Origin: Candidatus Taenariivivens baikalensis | GTDB lineage: Bacteria; Omnitrophota; Omnitrophia; Omnitrophales; Aquincolibacteriaceae | Direction of reading: 5' to 3' | Assembly (NCBI GenBank): GCA_009691445.1 | Contig: SICL01000003.1 | Coordinates: 25,834-89,833 of the forward strand | Length of the DNA: 64,000 bases | Part shown: one piece after another, positions 63,998 to 64,000 of the stretch | Layout of the letters: the number at the start of each line of letters is the position of its first letter | Numbering within the stretch: the first letter of the stretch is position 1 | Notes under the pieces: model-generated | Seen by the model: only the letters and a program-made list of their open reading frames with translations | What the model was told of the DNA's origin: nothing | The model's database searches: none | Made by a program: the position numbers and the translations under genes

Positions 63998-64000
63998 AAG

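Overview
This window is a bacterial chromosomal segment of moderate GC. Its gene content (giant ORFs, a PilQ secretin, a Bat/MoxR operon, many small palindromic repeats) resembles an uncultivated lineage, but I cannot place it from sequence alone. Core genes: hisF; hisI-trpE-trpG-trpD-trpC-trpF; a sensor kinase with a sigma54 response regulator; yaiI; dnaK; MoxR-DUF58-BatA/BatB; yqeY; def; cca; an MFS transporter; rmuC; rng; pilQ/pilP/pilO. Two accessory blocks interrupt them. Block 1 (about 1.8-19.9 kb) is wedged between hisF and hisI. It holds a SWIM-SNF2 helicase, an MNT/HEPN pair, a 4010-aa secreted giant protein with an embedded J-domain, a DUF433/DUF5615 pair and a Gly-rich secreted repeat protein. 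Block 2 (about 28.3-42.4 kb) holds HTH/Fic 'mobile mystery protein A/B', a DUF1016(N)-SNase nuclease fusion, two tandem ORF6N genes (a segmental duplication), a roughly 2480-aa S8 subtilase giant gene bracketed by a 3-copy hairpin repeat, an unusual array of six different short perfect hairpins, a decayed DUF1016 pseudogene and a HigBA-like pair. At least four families of short palindromic repeats are visible. Several sit IN-FRAME inside coding sequences (trpE, trpD, the nuclease gene, the 4010-aa gene), reminiscent of Rickettsia palindromic elements. No rRNA, tRNA or CRISPR array was recognised.
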